From Acidimicrobiia bacterium (GTDB lineage: Bacteria; Actinomycetota; Acidimicrobiia; UBA2766), in the NCBI GenBank assembly GCA_038904395.1, contig JBCKKC010000004.1, positions 1 to 54,776 of the forward strand: a stretch of DNA of 54,776 nucleotides. The letters run 5' to 3'. The position numbers and the translations under genes are program-made. Shown one piece after another: positions 1 to 10,251 of the stretch (position 1 is the stretch's first letter; each line of letters begins with the position of its first letter). The notes under the pieces are model-generated. The model was not told the DNA's origin, made no database searches, and saw only the letters and a program-made list of their open reading frames with translations.

Positions 1-1069
1 CCAACGCACAAGCGTGGCGTTGGTCGTGCTGAGCGAACATGTGCGTGAGGACGCCAAGGGAACTCTCGAGTATTTCGCCAGCCAAAATGTGGACGTGAAG
101 ATAATTTCGGGCGACAATCCGGTCACGGTTGGGGCTATTGCAGCCAGGGTGGATGTGAGTGGGGCCGATCATCCAATAGACGGGAGTCATCTACCACATG
201 AGCTTGACGAGCTTGTAGCTACTGTAAATCGGAATTCGGTATTTGGTCGAGTGGGTCCGGAGCAAAAGCGGGCCATGGTGGGCGCACTACAGTCGAGTGA
301 CCACGTAGTAGCAATGACGGGCGATGGCGTCAACGACGTTTTAGCTCTCAAGGATGCCGACATCGGTGTGGCCATGGGTAGTGGTACTTCGGCAGCTCGC
401 AATGTTGCCCAGCTGGTGTTGTTAGATGATCGAGTGGCATCAATGCCGCGTGTGGTCGGTGAGGGTCGTCGAGTAATTGCCAATCTGGAGCGGGTGGCGA
501 ATCTGTTCCTGACCAAGTCCGTCTACGCGCTAGTTCTCGCGCTAGCCACTGCCGTTGTCGGCCTGGCTTCCGGCACTGATGACTGGCTGTATCCGCTCCT
601 ACCTCGACATTTGACGATTGTGGGCTCCTTGACGATCGGGATCCCAGCCTTCTTCTTGTCGTTTGCCGCCAGTCGCGAGCGCGCCCGCTCAAATTTTGTG
701 CGTCGAGTACTTGCCTTCGCATTGCCGGCCGGCATTATTACTGGTCTGGCGGCTTTTGCCACTTACGCGGTGACTCATGCTCTGTTGGAGATGCGCACCG
801 ATGAAGCACACACGGCTGTGCTGACTGTGCTTATTTTGTTGGGAGAGTTTGTTTTGATGGCAGCGGCCCGTCCCCTCACGAAGGGACGTTTGGTGTTGGT
901 GGGGGCTATGTTGGCCGCCTTCTTCGCTATAGTTTTCACGCCAGGTCTCAACGAGTTTTTTGCCCTCGCCCCACCCTCAATTGTTACTTGGATTGTGTGT
1001 TTCACCCTCTCGGCTGTCGCCATGTGCCTGGTTGCGCTCTCGTGGCTGTTGACTGGCAAGTACCGCTAG
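1..1069 (+). CDS. P-type (HAD-IC) cation-transporting ATPase, C-terminal part; 5' end lies outside the window
   Basis: The frame is open to the window edge. The translation contains MTGDGVNDVLALKDADIGVAMG (P-type ATPase GDGxND hinge) followed by several hydrophobic TM segments. Confidence 0.85.
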   Translation, partial: QRTSVALVVLSEHVREDAKGTLEYFASQNVDVKIISGDNPVTVGAIAARVDVSGADHPIDGSHLPHELDELVATVNRNSVFGRVGPEQKRAMVGALQSSDHVVAMTGDGVNDVLALKDADIGVAMGSGTSAARNVAQLVLLDDRVASMPRVVGEGRRVIANLERVANLFLTKSVYALVLALATAVVGLASGTDDWLYPLLPRHLTIVGSLTIGIPAFFLSFAASRERARSNFVRRVLAFALPAGIITGLAAFATYAVTHALLEMRTDEAHTAVLTVLILLGEFVLMAAARPLTKGRLVLVGAMLAAFFAIVFTPGLNEFFALAPPSIVTWIVCFTLSAVAMCLVALSWLLTGKYR

Positions 1070-1074
1070 GTTGC

Positions 1075-1096
1075 CGTCATTGCGAGCCCTGGCGTC
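1075..1096. repeat. Fragment of the GTCAT-terminal repeat superfamily (CGTCATTGCGAGCCCTGGCG), directly after the ATPase stop codon
   Basis: It shares the CGTCATTGCGAG terminus with the A1 elements and GAGCCCTGGCG with the A2 elements. Confidence 0.5.
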
Positions 1097-1126
1097 AACC
1101 AGATAACCATTGACGTACCCCTCTGT

Positions 1127-1236
1127 CGTCATCCTGAGGGAGGCGCTAGCCGACCGTGAGGATCCACCTGTGGCGAAGCCGCAGACCAACCCGCATGATC
1201 GATCCATTCGAATTGCTTGCTCCGCTCGCAATGACG
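1127..1236 (+). repeat. Composite ~110-bp MITE-like element (GTCATCCTGAGG ... CTCGCAATGAC)
   Basis: About 85% identical over its full length to 42985-43095. The ends are imperfect inverted repeats (GTCATCCTGAG versus the reverse complement GTCATTGCGAG). Confidence 0.8.
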
Positions 1237-1242
1237 CTAACC

Positions 1243-2784
1243 CTATTTACACACGGTGCCCTTGGGGGGAACGACTAGGTCGTAGAAGTATTTGCGGACG
1301 ATGTCGTCGACGCACGAACTCTTGCCGCTCGATAGGTGGCCTTCACCCTCGTAGGTGACTAGTACTGAGCTGGGGAGTTGGCTGGCGAGTTTTAGTGACG
1401 CTTCATATGGCGTGGCGGGATCGCCGGTGTTGCCTAAGAGGAGTATCGGTGGTGCTCCTGCCGCTGCAGGCGATAGCTGGCGTGCTGCATTCGTGGGGGG
1501 CTTTGGCCATTTGGCGCACACCCAATTTGCCCAAGCAAGGCTGCGGCCTTGGCGTGGCGCCTCTTTGGCAAAGTCGTCAGCCAATTTGTTGTAGTCGACT
1601 TTGTCTTTTGGTACCGGCGAGTCGAGGCAACCAATTGCCACGCCGGCCGGAATCGATGAGCCTTCGTAGGTGCCATCCGAAGCGCGTCCTGTGTACTGGT
1701 CAAAAAGATCGAACAGGCCTGATGGGTCGCCATCCTTGCCGGCATCTGCCAGGGCTTGTTCAAGTGCCGGCCATCCGTCCGTCTTGTCGTACAGGGCGGA
1801 GTCAACAGCGGTCAGGAAGTCGGCTGCGCCCATGGACCTGCCCTTGTAGTCGCTGGTGCCACGCAGTGGCTTGTCTTTGACTTGTTGGTGCAGTGTGTCG
1901 AAGTAGCGAGTCGGGTCGACTTTGCCATCAACTTTCAGGGGGCAGTTCTTTCTCTTGGCGCAGTTGTCGAGGAATGAGTTGAGGGCTTGTTCGAAGCCGA
2001 CAGCTTGTTGGCGGGCGCCGGCAACGGCATCAAGGGTGGGGTCATATCCGCCATCGAGGGTGAAGGCCCGTACTCGGTCGGGGTACTTTTCAATGAATAG
2101 CGCACCGAGCTGTGATCCATATGAGAATCCGTAGAAGTTCATCTTGTTTTCGCCGAGAGCGGTCAAAATGCTGTCCATGTCGTTGACGCTGTCTTCCGTC
2201 GAAATATGGGCGAGAAGGTCACTACTGGTGTTATCGGTGCAACTTTTGACAAACGCATCGGTCTGATCAAAAAAGTTTTGCAGTTCAGCGGGGTTGGTCG
2301 TGTCGGGGTTGGCGGCGAAGAACTTGTCGAGATGTGTCTCGCATTTCACGGGTGTGCTCTCCCCGACCCCTCGGGGATCCCAGCCGACGAGATCGAATCG
2401 TGAGTTGAGTCCATCGAGCTCGTCGCTTGACTGTTCGACCAGGTCTAGACCGGAGCCGCCTGGTCCGCCTGGATTGACGAGCATAGAACCAATCCTCTTG
2501 TTGGGAGTTTTTGCCGGCCGCCGATTCAGCGACAGTGTGATTTTTGGTCCTTCAGGCTTGGCGTGGTCGAGTGGGACTTGCAACTTGGTGCATTGAAGGT
2601 GTGTGCCACAATTTTCCCAAGTCATCGTGGAGCCTAAGCCCGGAATGGGCGAAGCGGCCGATGTGGTGGTTGTTGACGTAGCTTTTGGCCGGCCGGTGTT
2701 GAGCCGCAACATACATCCACCAGCAACAAGCACGACGGCCATTAGGAGAGCCACGGCTCTGATGAGGCCGCCACTTCCCCCCAC
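1243..2784 (-). CDS. Secreted alpha/beta-hydrolase, tripeptidyl-aminopeptidase (Tap)-like
   Basis: Nucleophile elbow GFSYGS, alpha/beta fold pattern and a hydrophobic N-terminal signal ending in a Cys. The ORF is open to 2952, but that upstream part is encoded by repeat sequence (LLRYARND). GTG at 2784 or ATG at 2823 is the more plausible start. Confidence 0.7.
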   Translation of the reverse strand: MGGSGGLIRAVALLMAVVLVAGGCMLRLNTGRPKATSTTTTSAASPIPGLGSTMTWENCGTHLQCTKLQVPLDHAKPEGPKITLSLNRRPAKTPNKRIGSMLVNPGGPGGSGLDLVEQSSDELDGLNSRFDLVGWDPRGVGESTPVKCETHLDKFFAANPDTTNPAELQNFFDQTDAFVKSCTDNTSSDLLAHISTEDSVNDMDSILTALGENKMNFYGFSYGSQLGALFIEKYPDRVRAFTLDGGYDPTLDAVAGARQQAVGFEQALNSFLDNCAKRKNCPLKVDGKVDPTRYFDTLHQQVKDKPLRGTSDYKGRSMGAADFLTAVDSALYDKTDGWPALEQALADAGKDGDPSGLFDLFDQYTGRASDGTYEGSSIPAGVAIGCLDSPVPKDKVDYNKLADDFAKEAPRQGRSLAWANWVCAKWPKPPTNAARQLSPAAAGAPPILLLGNTGDPATPYEASLKLASQLPSSVLVTYEGEGHLSSGKSSCVDDIVRKYFYDLVVPPKGTVCK

Positions 2785-2891
2785 GTCATTGCGAGCGTAG
2801 CGAAGCAACCTAGCCCGTGACATGCGTTTCCGTGGTGCGAGTCTCGGACTAGGTTGCTTCGTCGCCCCAGAGCGGGCTCCTCGCAATGACG
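2784..2891. repeat. A1 palindromic element (CGTCATTGCGAG...GGACTAGGTTGCTTCG...CTCGCAATGACG)
   Basis: Long imperfect palindrome with the same architecture as 20056-20197 and 31926-32040. Confidence 0.8.
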
Positions 2892-2996
2892 CGTGCAGCT
2901 GAACCGGCGATTTGTCCCTAGTGCTCTGTGCAGGTCTTATCATTAGTTTCAATGCGAGTAACCAATCGTCTCTTCAAACGACCCATTGCATCAATT

Positions 2997-4277
2997 ATGC
3001 CCCTTGAAGGAGGCTTCGATGCGCGCGTGCGTGTTCCGGGGTCGAAGAGCCTGACGAATCGGGCCCTGGTCGCTGCGGCCTTGGCCGATGGCGTGAGCCA
3101 CGTTCGAGGAGCTCTCTTCAGTAATGACACTCTATATATGGCCCAGGCGTTGCGCGCCGTTGGCTTCGAGATAGACGTTAATTCTGAGGTGGAAGAGTTT
3201 GTGGTTGTCGGCCGGGCTGGAAAGATCCCGACCCACCAGGCTGAAGTATTTGCCGGCAATGCGGGTACGGTGGCGCGCTTCATGTTGCCGTTGCTGGCGA
3301 TTGGCAATGGCAAGTTTCGAGTCGATGGTTTGGATCGGATGCGCGAACGGCCGATGTGGCCCCAGGTAGAGGTATTGCGCGAGCTTGGGGCTTTAATTAC
3401 TCGTGACAACAGGCATGGATCTTTGCCGCTCACGTTGACAACCAAGGGTCTCGCTCAATCGGGCGATCTCACTTTGGCTGGCAACTTGAGTAGCCAGTTT
3501 TTGTCGGGCCTGTTGTTGGTGGGGCCTTACGTCGATGGTGGATTGGATATCGGGATTGAGGGGAAGCTGGTTTCTGCTCCTTATGTGGCAATGACCGAGA
3601 GTGTCATGTCAGCCTTCGGCGTGAAAGTCGAACATCCTCACCGCGAGTCGCATGATGTGCGCTTCCGGGTAAGTGACGATCACGGCTATCTGGCTCACGC
3701 TTTCGAAATCGAGCCGGATGCATCCGCTGCGTCATACTTTTTTGCTGCCGCTGCCATCACCGGTGGGCGAGTGGTTGTCGAGGGCTTGGGTACGGACTCG
3801 ATCCAGGGCGATATGCGCTTTGTTTCGCTGCTTGAAAAGATGGGTGCCAAAGTTCGCCAAGACAGTCACAGCACTGAAGTCACAGGAGGAAGCGAACTGA
3901 GCGGCATCGAAGTCGACATGGCCGATATTTCGGACACTGTCCAAACGCTGGCGGTGGTGGCAGCATGTGCGAATTCGCCTACCCGAATCACCGGTGTGGA
4001 TTTCATTCGCCATAAGGAGACTGACCGGCTATGTGCAGTGACCAAAGAGTTGCGCCGGTTGGGGATCGAAGCCGAAGAGACGCCAGATGGCGTGACAATT
4101 GATCCGACCCGTAGCACCATACGCAAAGGGCGAGTGCAAACCTACGATGACCACCGCATGGCGATGAGTTTCGCCATCTTGGGCCTGGCGCGCCCCGGCA
4201 TCGAAATAGTGAACCCAGGTTGCGTAGCCAAGACCTTTCCCAACTTCTTCACCACCCTGGCAGGCTTGCGCACTTAG
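2997..4277 (+). CDS. aroA: 3-phosphoshikimate 1-carboxyvinyltransferase (EPSP synthase)
   Basis: N-terminal VPGSKSLTNRALVAAALADG and C-terminal DHRMAMSFAILGL motifs. ATG at 2997 precedes the conserved N-terminus; the ORF is open from 2928. Confidence 0.9.
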   Translation: MPLEGGFDARVRVPGSKSLTNRALVAAALADGVSHVRGALFSNDTLYMAQALRAVGFEIDVNSEVEEFVVVGRAGKIPTHQAEVFAGNAGTVARFMLPLLAIGNGKFRVDGLDRMRERPMWPQVEVLRELGALITRDNRHGSLPLTLTTKGLAQSGDLTLAGNLSSQFLSGLLLVGPYVDGGLDIGIEGKLVSAPYVAMTESVMSAFGVKVEHPHRESHDVRFRVSDDHGYLAHAFEIEPDASAASYFFAAAAITGGRVVVEGLGTDSIQGDMRFVSLLEKMGAKVRQDSHSTEVTGGSELSGIEVDMADISDTVQTLAVVAACANSPTRITGVDFIRHKETDRLCAVTKELRRLGIEAEETPDGVTIDPTRSTIRKGRVQTYDDHRMAMSFAILGLARPGIEIVNPGCVAKTFPNFFTTLAGLRT

Positions 4278-4365
4278 AGCGGCTAGAGAGCATAGAGAGT
4301 GATCAGAATTCACACTTTCGTATAATCATCAGGAAAACGTATAGGGAGCCGAATATGCTCGCTCG

Positions 4366-6126
4366 ATGTACTCATCACACAACTCCCCAGAGAAAATGCG
4401 CGCCGGTGTTCAGCCCAGAACTAGTGTGGCGTCCCGTCTATTTAAGCCCGCCCAGGGCCTTCGTCGTTACATCGCGATTGTCCTAGCAGTCATGTTCGTT
4501 GCCAGCGCCTGCGGTGGCGGAACAAGCAATGGTGGCGCTAAGGGATTGCGTGATCCAGGATCAGCCCAAGATGGCACCTTAGTCTTCGGTGCCGAACAAG
4601 AGCCAGTGACGATGAATTCCTTGACCACTTCCGGCTGTACCACCTGGACAATGACAATCGTTAATACTGCATTGAGCTCACTGTTAATATTCACGCCTGA
4701 TTTCGGGATTGCCCCACAGCTCTTGAGTGAACTGCCAGAGATGGTATCGGACTCACCACAACGGGTGCGCTACAAGATTCGTCAGGAAGCAGTTTGGGAC
4801 GATGGCTCTCCCCTCAACGCGGATGACGTGCAGTTCACGCTGGCGCAGATTATCGATCCGAACAATGAAATTTCGGACCGCACCGGCTATGACCAAATTA
4901 AAGACGGTTCGGTCAGTGACGTGTCTGCCGATAAGAAGGAATTCACTCTGGAATTTGCTGAGCCCTATAGCGCTTGGAAAACGATCTTCGCAAGTATTCC
5001 AGTCATGAAAAAGGCTGCCTTCGTGGGCAAGGATTTCAATACCGCCCTAACTGACGAGCTGCCGTTTTCTTCAGGGCCTTTCAAGTTCGAAAGTTGGGAC
5101 AAAAAGAGCAGTTTGACTCTGGTGCGCAATGACAAATATTGGGGTAAGACTCCTCAGATTGACAAGTTCGTGTTCACTTTCATTCTCGAGACGAATGCAG
5201 AGGTGAGGCAACTTCAAGGCGACGAGGTTCAAGTACTCCACCCACAACCTCAAACGGACACCCTTGGGGAGCTTAGACGTGTCTCTGACATTGAGCCTCC
5301 TCAGGTGGAACCGGGCCTCAACTGGGAGCATCTCGCGTTCAACACGACAAATCCACATCTCGCTAGCAAAGATGTGCGCCAAGCACTCAGCTACATGATT
5401 GACCGGAACCTCATCGTTGAGCGGGTGGCCAAGCCCTCGAATCCAAAGGCCACCGTATTGCAGAACGTCTTTTACGTTCCGACTCGACCGCAGTACCAGC
5501 CGGGTTTTGATATGTATAGGCAGAACTATGCCAAGTCAGCGGAGCTGCTTCAGACTGCTGGTTACACCAAAGGGTCTGATGGCATCTGGCAGAAAGATGG
5601 TAAGAAGCTGGAGCTGAAGGTGTCGACTACAGCGGGCAACAAGATGCGTGAGCTTGTTGAGTCCATGCTCGCCGAACAGTTTGCCAAGGGCGGCGTCAGG
5701 CTCACGACCGACAATGCGCCAGGTTCTCAGCTGTTCACACGGGCAGCAAGCTGTGACTATGACATATCCCTCTTCGCTCACACGCCCCCGCCCGATCCCT
5801 TCAACATGAACAACGTGTTCAGTGGTGAAAAGGCTACCTGCGGGCCAAACAAGAGCCAGGGTGGAGGCATGAACTTCACGGCCTATAACAACCCTCGGGT
5901 TACAGCTCTGCTGAACCAAGCCAACAGTGAGTTTGATGCGAAGAAGCGGTCCGATATCTACAACGATGTGAACCGTATTCTCGCTGAAGATGTGCCTGTC
6001 ATGCCGATATACCTTCAGAGCGAGATCCTTGCATTCAACAAAAGGGTGCATGGTCCCACGCTCAATACTGCAGCTCAGGGCGCAGTGACTTGGAATGTCC
6101 AAGACTGGTATATCCAGCAAGACTAG
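4366..6126 (+). CDS. ABC transporter substrate-binding lipoprotein, family 5 (peptide/nickel type), paralog 1
   Basis: Lipobox-like ASACGGG and SBP_bac_5-like length and pattern. The MY... N-terminus and the K(P/A)xQGL stretch are conserved with paralog 2, which supports this start. Confidence 0.8.
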   Translation: MYSSHNSPEKMRAGVQPRTSVASRLFKPAQGLRRYIAIVLAVMFVASACGGGTSNGGAKGLRDPGSAQDGTLVFGAEQEPVTMNSLTTSGCTTWTMTIVNTALSSLLIFTPDFGIAPQLLSELPEMVSDSPQRVRYKIRQEAVWDDGSPLNADDVQFTLAQIIDPNNEISDRTGYDQIKDGSVSDVSADKKEFTLEFAEPYSAWKTIFASIPVMKKAAFVGKDFNTALTDELPFSSGPFKFESWDKKSSLTLVRNDKYWGKTPQIDKFVFTFILETNAEVRQLQGDEVQVLHPQPQTDTLGELRRVSDIEPPQVEPGLNWEHLAFNTTNPHLASKDVRQALSYMIDRNLIVERVAKPSNPKATVLQNVFYVPTRPQYQPGFDMYRQNYAKSAELLQTAGYTKGSDGIWQKDGKKLELKVSTTAGNKMRELVESMLAEQFAKGGVRLTTDNAPGSQLFTRAASCDYDISLFAHTPPPDPFNMNNVFSGEKATCGPNKSQGGGMNFTAYNNPRVTALLNQANSEFDAKKRSDIYNDVNRILAEDVPVMPIYLQSEILAFNKRVHGPTLNTAAQGAVTWNVQDWYIQQD

Positions 6127-6135
6127 CTATGTTCG

Positions 6136-6170
6136 GATAGGGCGGTCAGTCGGCCGCCCTATCGTTCTTT
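6136..6170 (+). terminator. Rho-independent terminator after binding-protein gene 1
   Basis: Perfect 10-bp stem GATAGGGCGG/CCGCCCTATC followed by GTTCTTTT. Confidence 0.7.
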
Positions 6171-6198
6171 TGGCTCCGCTCTCAGCTCGCAATGACGG
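6171..6198. repeat. Right-half remnant of an A1 element (GGCTCCGCTCTCAGCTCGCAATGACGG)
   Basis: Matches the right ends of the A1 copies (..GGCTCCTCGCAATGACG). Confidence 0.5.
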
Positions 6199-6242
6199 AA
6201 AATCCCTGATAAAGGGGCATGAATCGTTATTAGAGTGGTGCG

Positions 6243-7991
6243 ATGTATTTGCATAAGCCCACACAGAGTGAGTCAACAATGAATCCAAAGATAGACAGGG
6301 AATCGAAACCGGGCAAGGCCAGGCAGGGTCTTTCTTCCAGGGGTGGAGTTTTCCGTAGCGCTATTGCAGTGTTGGCTTTCGCACTCTTGCTGGGTGCTTG
6401 TGGTGGTGGCACAGCCAGTAAGTCCGGAAAATCAGGCACTGTCCGCGATGGTGGCAGCGTGGTTTTCGCGGCCGAGCAAGAGCCCGATGTGTTGAATATT
6501 CTCACAACACCCCATGTCTGGACAGCGATTACCACGGCTCCTGTGCTCAGCTCGTTGCTTACATATGGACCAGATATGGACCCTCTCCCTCAGTTGTTGA
6601 GCGAATTGCCACAGCTGGTTTCGGAGTCGCCGCAAAGAGTCCAATATAAGCTGCGCCCCGAAGCTAAGTGGGATGATGGCTCGCCGATTACTTCAGATGA
6701 CGTGCAGTTTACCCTGAGCGCGATTCTTGATGAGAGCAATGACATTGCGACACGCGATGGCTATAAGGAGATCAAGGACGGCAAACTCACCGACGTATCT
6801 GCAGACAAGAAAAGTTTTGTGATCGAATACAAGCAGCCATTCGCAGCATGGATGAACGTTTTTGCAGTAACGCCAATATTGAAAAAGGCGTATCTCGAAG
6901 GTGAGGACTTCAATACTGCGTTGAACGACACCTTGCCGTTCGCATCTGGTCCGTTCAAGTTCAAAGAGTGGAATAGGAAGACCAGCCTGACGCTTGCTCG
7001 CAACGAAAACTATTGGGGTCAGAAGGCGCACCTTGATGAGGTCACATTTAAGTTCATCCTCGACTCGGGTGCTGAATTAAGGTCGCTGCAGGGAGACGAG
7101 GCTCAGATTGCTTTCCCGAAGGCTCAGACTGACACCTTGGGTGAACTTGAGCGTATGCCCGATGTCGACTTCCAGAACGACGCCGGTCTCGTTTGGCAAC
7201 ATATCAGCTTCAACAACCAAAACCCAATGTTGTCGAGCAAAGAGGTGCGCCAAGCTCTCGCATACATGATGGACCGTAAGATCATCGTGGAGCGCATCGC
7301 TAAGCCGTCGAACCCGAATGTTGGCGTTTTGCAGAATGTGTTCTATGTGCCAACCCAGCCCGAATATCGGCCCGCATTCGATGTCTACAAGCAGGACTAT
7401 AACAAGGCGAGCGAACTGCTCAAGTCGGCAGGCTTCTCCAAAGGATCCACTGGGGTATGGGAAAAGGGCGGCAAACCCTTGGAACTGAAGATATCTACTA
7501 CGGGTGGAGACAAGGCTCGTGAACTTATCGAATCAATCCTTGTTGAACAATTCAGCAAGGGTGGGGTGAAGCTAACAACAAACAACTACCCAGGAACTCA
7601 GTTGTTCGCTCCGGTGAAAGCCTGTCAATATGACCTGGCGTTGTATGCCTATCAGACTAATCCCGATCCGATTGACGGGAATTCTGTCTTCAGTGGTGAT
7701 GCGATTACCTGCCCAGGTCCTAACCAGGCACAAGGTGGACAAAATCAGACCGGCTACAACAATCCGAAGGTCACTGCTCTGTTGAATCAGGCCAATGGCG
7801 AACTGAACCAACAAAAGCGTGCGGATCTGTATAACGAAGCAAATGCGATCATCGCCGGTGATGCGCCAGTGATCCCTCTGTTCCAGCAGAGCCTCATCCT
7901 GGCATTCAACACCCGTGTGCATGGCCTCAAGAACAACCCGACATCTGCGGGACCAACTTGGAACACTCAGGACTGGTGGATTGAGCAGTAG
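6243..7991 (+). CDS. ABC transporter substrate-binding lipoprotein, family 5, paralog 2
   Basis: Roughly 60% identical by eye to 4366-6126 along its whole length. Lipobox LLLGACGGG. Confidence 0.8.
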   Translation: MYLHKPTQSESTMNPKIDRESKPGKARQGLSSRGGVFRSAIAVLAFALLLGACGGGTASKSGKSGTVRDGGSVVFAAEQEPDVLNILTTPHVWTAITTAPVLSSLLTYGPDMDPLPQLLSELPQLVSESPQRVQYKLRPEAKWDDGSPITSDDVQFTLSAILDESNDIATRDGYKEIKDGKLTDVSADKKSFVIEYKQPFAAWMNVFAVTPILKKAYLEGEDFNTALNDTLPFASGPFKFKEWNRKTSLTLARNENYWGQKAHLDEVTFKFILDSGAELRSLQGDEAQIAFPKAQTDTLGELERMPDVDFQNDAGLVWQHISFNNQNPMLSSKEVRQALAYMMDRKIIVERIAKPSNPNVGVLQNVFYVPTQPEYRPAFDVYKQDYNKASELLKSAGFSKGSTGVWEKGGKPLELKISTTGGDKARELIESILVEQFSKGGVKLTTNNYPGTQLFAPVKACQYDLALYAYQTNPDPIDGNSVFSGDAITCPGPNQAQGGQNQTGYNNPKVTALLNQANGELNQQKRADLYNEANAIIAGDAPVIPLFQQSLILAFNTRVHGLKNNPTSAGPTWNTQDWWIEQ

Positions 7992-8014
7992 GCCCGACGT
8001 AGCTGCTTAATTCG

Positions 8015-8058
8015 ATGGGTTTGGGAGGCACGGCCGTGCCTCCCAAACCCATTTCTCA
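8015..8058 (+). terminator. Rho-independent terminator after binding-protein gene 2
   Basis: About 18-bp perfect palindrome ATGGGTTTGGGAGGCACG/CGTGCCTCCCAAACCCAT followed by TTCT. Confidence 0.7.
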
Positions 8059-8300
8059 ACGGACTGGGAATGGGCGCAAATGTACTGGCGATCGGGTTGG
8101 CAAGAGAGTTTGCGAATATGATAAGCTCCCATCGCCTCGAGCTACACTCTGTCACGGATATGAGCTTTAAGCCCGACACTCACAGATGCCCTTCCTGCGT
8201 GGGGAGAGGGTTTCGCTGTCATCAGGGTGCAATGACGTTAAGACTTGTGCCTTCGAGTTAGTTTCACGACCTGGTTGGTTGTGGTTCATAGGAGATATTT

Positions 8301-9284
8301 GTGTTATCGCATGTAGTGCGACGCGTATTGACAGGAATTGTGACCCTCTTTGCTGTCACGATTGTTGTCTTTTTTATGGTGACTGCGGTTGGTGATCCAC
8401 TGGCCGAACTGCGCTCAAAGCCAAGCGTGTCTCAAGTGACAATCAAGAAGCTTGAGCAAGAGTTTCATCTCAAAGATGCCAATGGTAAGCCGGTGCCATT
8501 GGTCACTCGCTACGTGTCTTGGGTGGGTGATCTGGCCCAGGGCGATTTGGGAACCAGCTTTCATGAGAAGCGGCCTGTAACTGAGTTGCTAGCCCGTGCC
8601 ATGTGGCCGACGGCCCAGCTGTTTCTGGGGTGGCTAATAGTCTCATTTGTTATCGCTGTCCTTGTCGGTGCCTATTCGGCGATTAAGCCGTATACGTTGG
8701 GCGATAGGTTGGCCTCGGGAGCGAGTTTTGTTGGTTTTTCGGCGCCGGTTTTCTTTTGGGCGGTCCTGTTCCAATACTATTTGGCGATTGAATTAACCCG
8801 TATAACGGGTATAAAGCTCTTTTATGTGAGCGGTATGGTGACGCCCGGGCAAGACACTATTCCTAACCGTCTGTCGCACCTTGCCTTGCCGGTGATGACA
8901 CTTGCAATCGCCACGATTGCGCAGTGGAGTCGCTATGAGCGGTCGTCGATGCTCGATGTTATCCGTGCCGACTATATCCGCACTGCCCGGGCCAAGGGTC
9001 TATCGAAGTGGGCAGTGATTATGCGCCATGCCTTGCGCAACGCGCTGCTCCCGCTGGTGACGGTAATTGGGGTTGAGGCCGGAATCTTTTTGGGCGGAGC
9101 CTTTGTCACCGAAAAGGTCTACTCATGGCCCGGTATGGGGCGATTGTTCATCAAAGCGATAGAGCAATCAGACTTCCCGGTTGTTATGGGGTGGCTCATC
9201 GTGGCCACGATCTTTGTCATCGTCTTCGGAATCATTACCGACGTTGTCTACTCGTTCTTAGATCCAAGGATTAGATATGACTGA
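8301..9284 (+). CDS. ABC transporter permease (DppB/OppB-like)
   Basis: Polytopic membrane protein with the BPD_transp_1 pattern. AGGAG lies 6 nt upstream of the GTG start. Confidence 0.85.
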   Translation: MLSHVVRRVLTGIVTLFAVTIVVFFMVTAVGDPLAELRSKPSVSQVTIKKLEQEFHLKDANGKPVPLVTRYVSWVGDLAQGDLGTSFHEKRPVTELLARAMWPTAQLFLGWLIVSFVIAVLVGAYSAIKPYTLGDRLASGASFVGFSAPVFFWAVLFQYYLAIELTRITGIKLFYVSGMVTPGQDTIPNRLSHLALPVMTLAIATIAQWSRYERSSMLDVIRADYIRTARAKGLSKWAVIMRHALRNALLPLVTVIGVEAGIFLGGAFVTEKVYSWPGMGRLFIKAIEQSDFPVVMGWLIVATIFVIVFGIITDVVYSFLDPRIRYD

Positions 9285-10251
9285 GAGCTTTCACGATCCA
9301 TTAGAACATCCAAAGGTACCGACGATTGTGCCAGCGGATGATCACGCTGGCGAAGAGGTTCCATTTACGGATTCGCCATTTTCGATTGTTCGTAAGCGAT
9401 TCTTCGCGAATAGAGCAGCACTCGTGGCGCTGGCTATCTTGGTGCTAATCGTGATTTTCACGATGTCATATCCGCTCTTTGCAAACTACGTTGTTCATTC
9501 CACCTACTCGGAACCCGGCTCAATTTCAGTGCTGCCATACCAAGGGCCTTCAGCCCAGCACTGGTTGGGTACTGACGATATTTCGCGCGACGAATTCTTG
9601 CGTATTCTCAAGGGCGGACAGATCTCAATTTTCGTTGGTTTGGCGGTAGCGGCGGTTAGCACCGTGATCGGTGTCGTCATCGGTTCCTACTCTGGCTTTT
9701 TCGGCGGTCGAGCTGATCGCACTCTAATGAGCGTTGTCGACTTCTTCTTGTCGCTGCCTGTGATTGCGCTGATGTTGACAGCCACAAAGTTTGTGCCGAT
9801 TCTCAAAGGAGGGTCAGTATTTAGTGTTGTGGTAATTCTGTCGTTCTTCTCTTGGATGATATTGGCCCGAGTGGTTCGAGGCGAGACTCTCACCTTACGT
9901 GAACGTGAATATGTTCATGCAGCGCGCATGGCTGGAGCGTCAACGTGGCGCATAATTACACGGCATGTCTTGCCCAATATTGCGGGAGTTGTGTTGGTGC
10001 AAGCAACACTGTCTGTTGCGATAGCCATTATCACAGAGAGCACCCTTTCGTTCTTGGGCTTCGGTGTGTCTCCCGCCCTCACGCCAACGTGGGGAAACAT
10101 GTTGAACAGCGCATCCGACGTGATTTCGAGGAGCCCGATCCTGTTCTGGGCGCCTGCTCTGGGCATCATCGTGACAGTAATGTGCGTGAACTTTGTCGGT
10201 GACGGATTGCGCGACGCATTCGATCCTAAATCCATAAGAGGTGGTCAGTGA
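9277..10251 (+). CDS. ABC transporter permease (DppC/OppC-like)
   Basis: Overlaps the previous gene by 8 nt. Has the typical OppC N-terminal extension and TM pattern. Confidence 0.85.
   Translation: MTESFHDPLEHPKVPTIVPADDHAGEEVPFTDSPFSIVRKRFFANRAALVALAILVLIVIFTMSYPLFANYVVHSTYSEPGSISVLPYQGPSAQHWLGTDDISRDEFLRILKGGQISIFVGLAVAAVSTVIGVVIGSYSGFFGGRADRTLMSVVDFFLSLPVIALMLTATKFVPILKGGSVFSVVVILSFFSWMILARVVRGETLTLREREYVHAARMAGASTWRIITRHVLPNIAGVVLVQATLSVAIAIITESTLSFLGFGVSPALTPTWGNMLNSASDVISRSPILFWAPALGIIVTVMCVNFVGDGLRDAFDPKSIRGGQ

Noticed and set aside
4355-4486. 43-codon ORF with a well-spaced AGGGAG RBS that overlaps the start of binding-protein gene 1 in another frame. It could be a leader peptide or evidence of a frameshifted start.
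   Set aside because: The binding-protein frame starting at ATG 4366 (MY...) is conserved with the paralog at 6243. The alternative frame has no such support.
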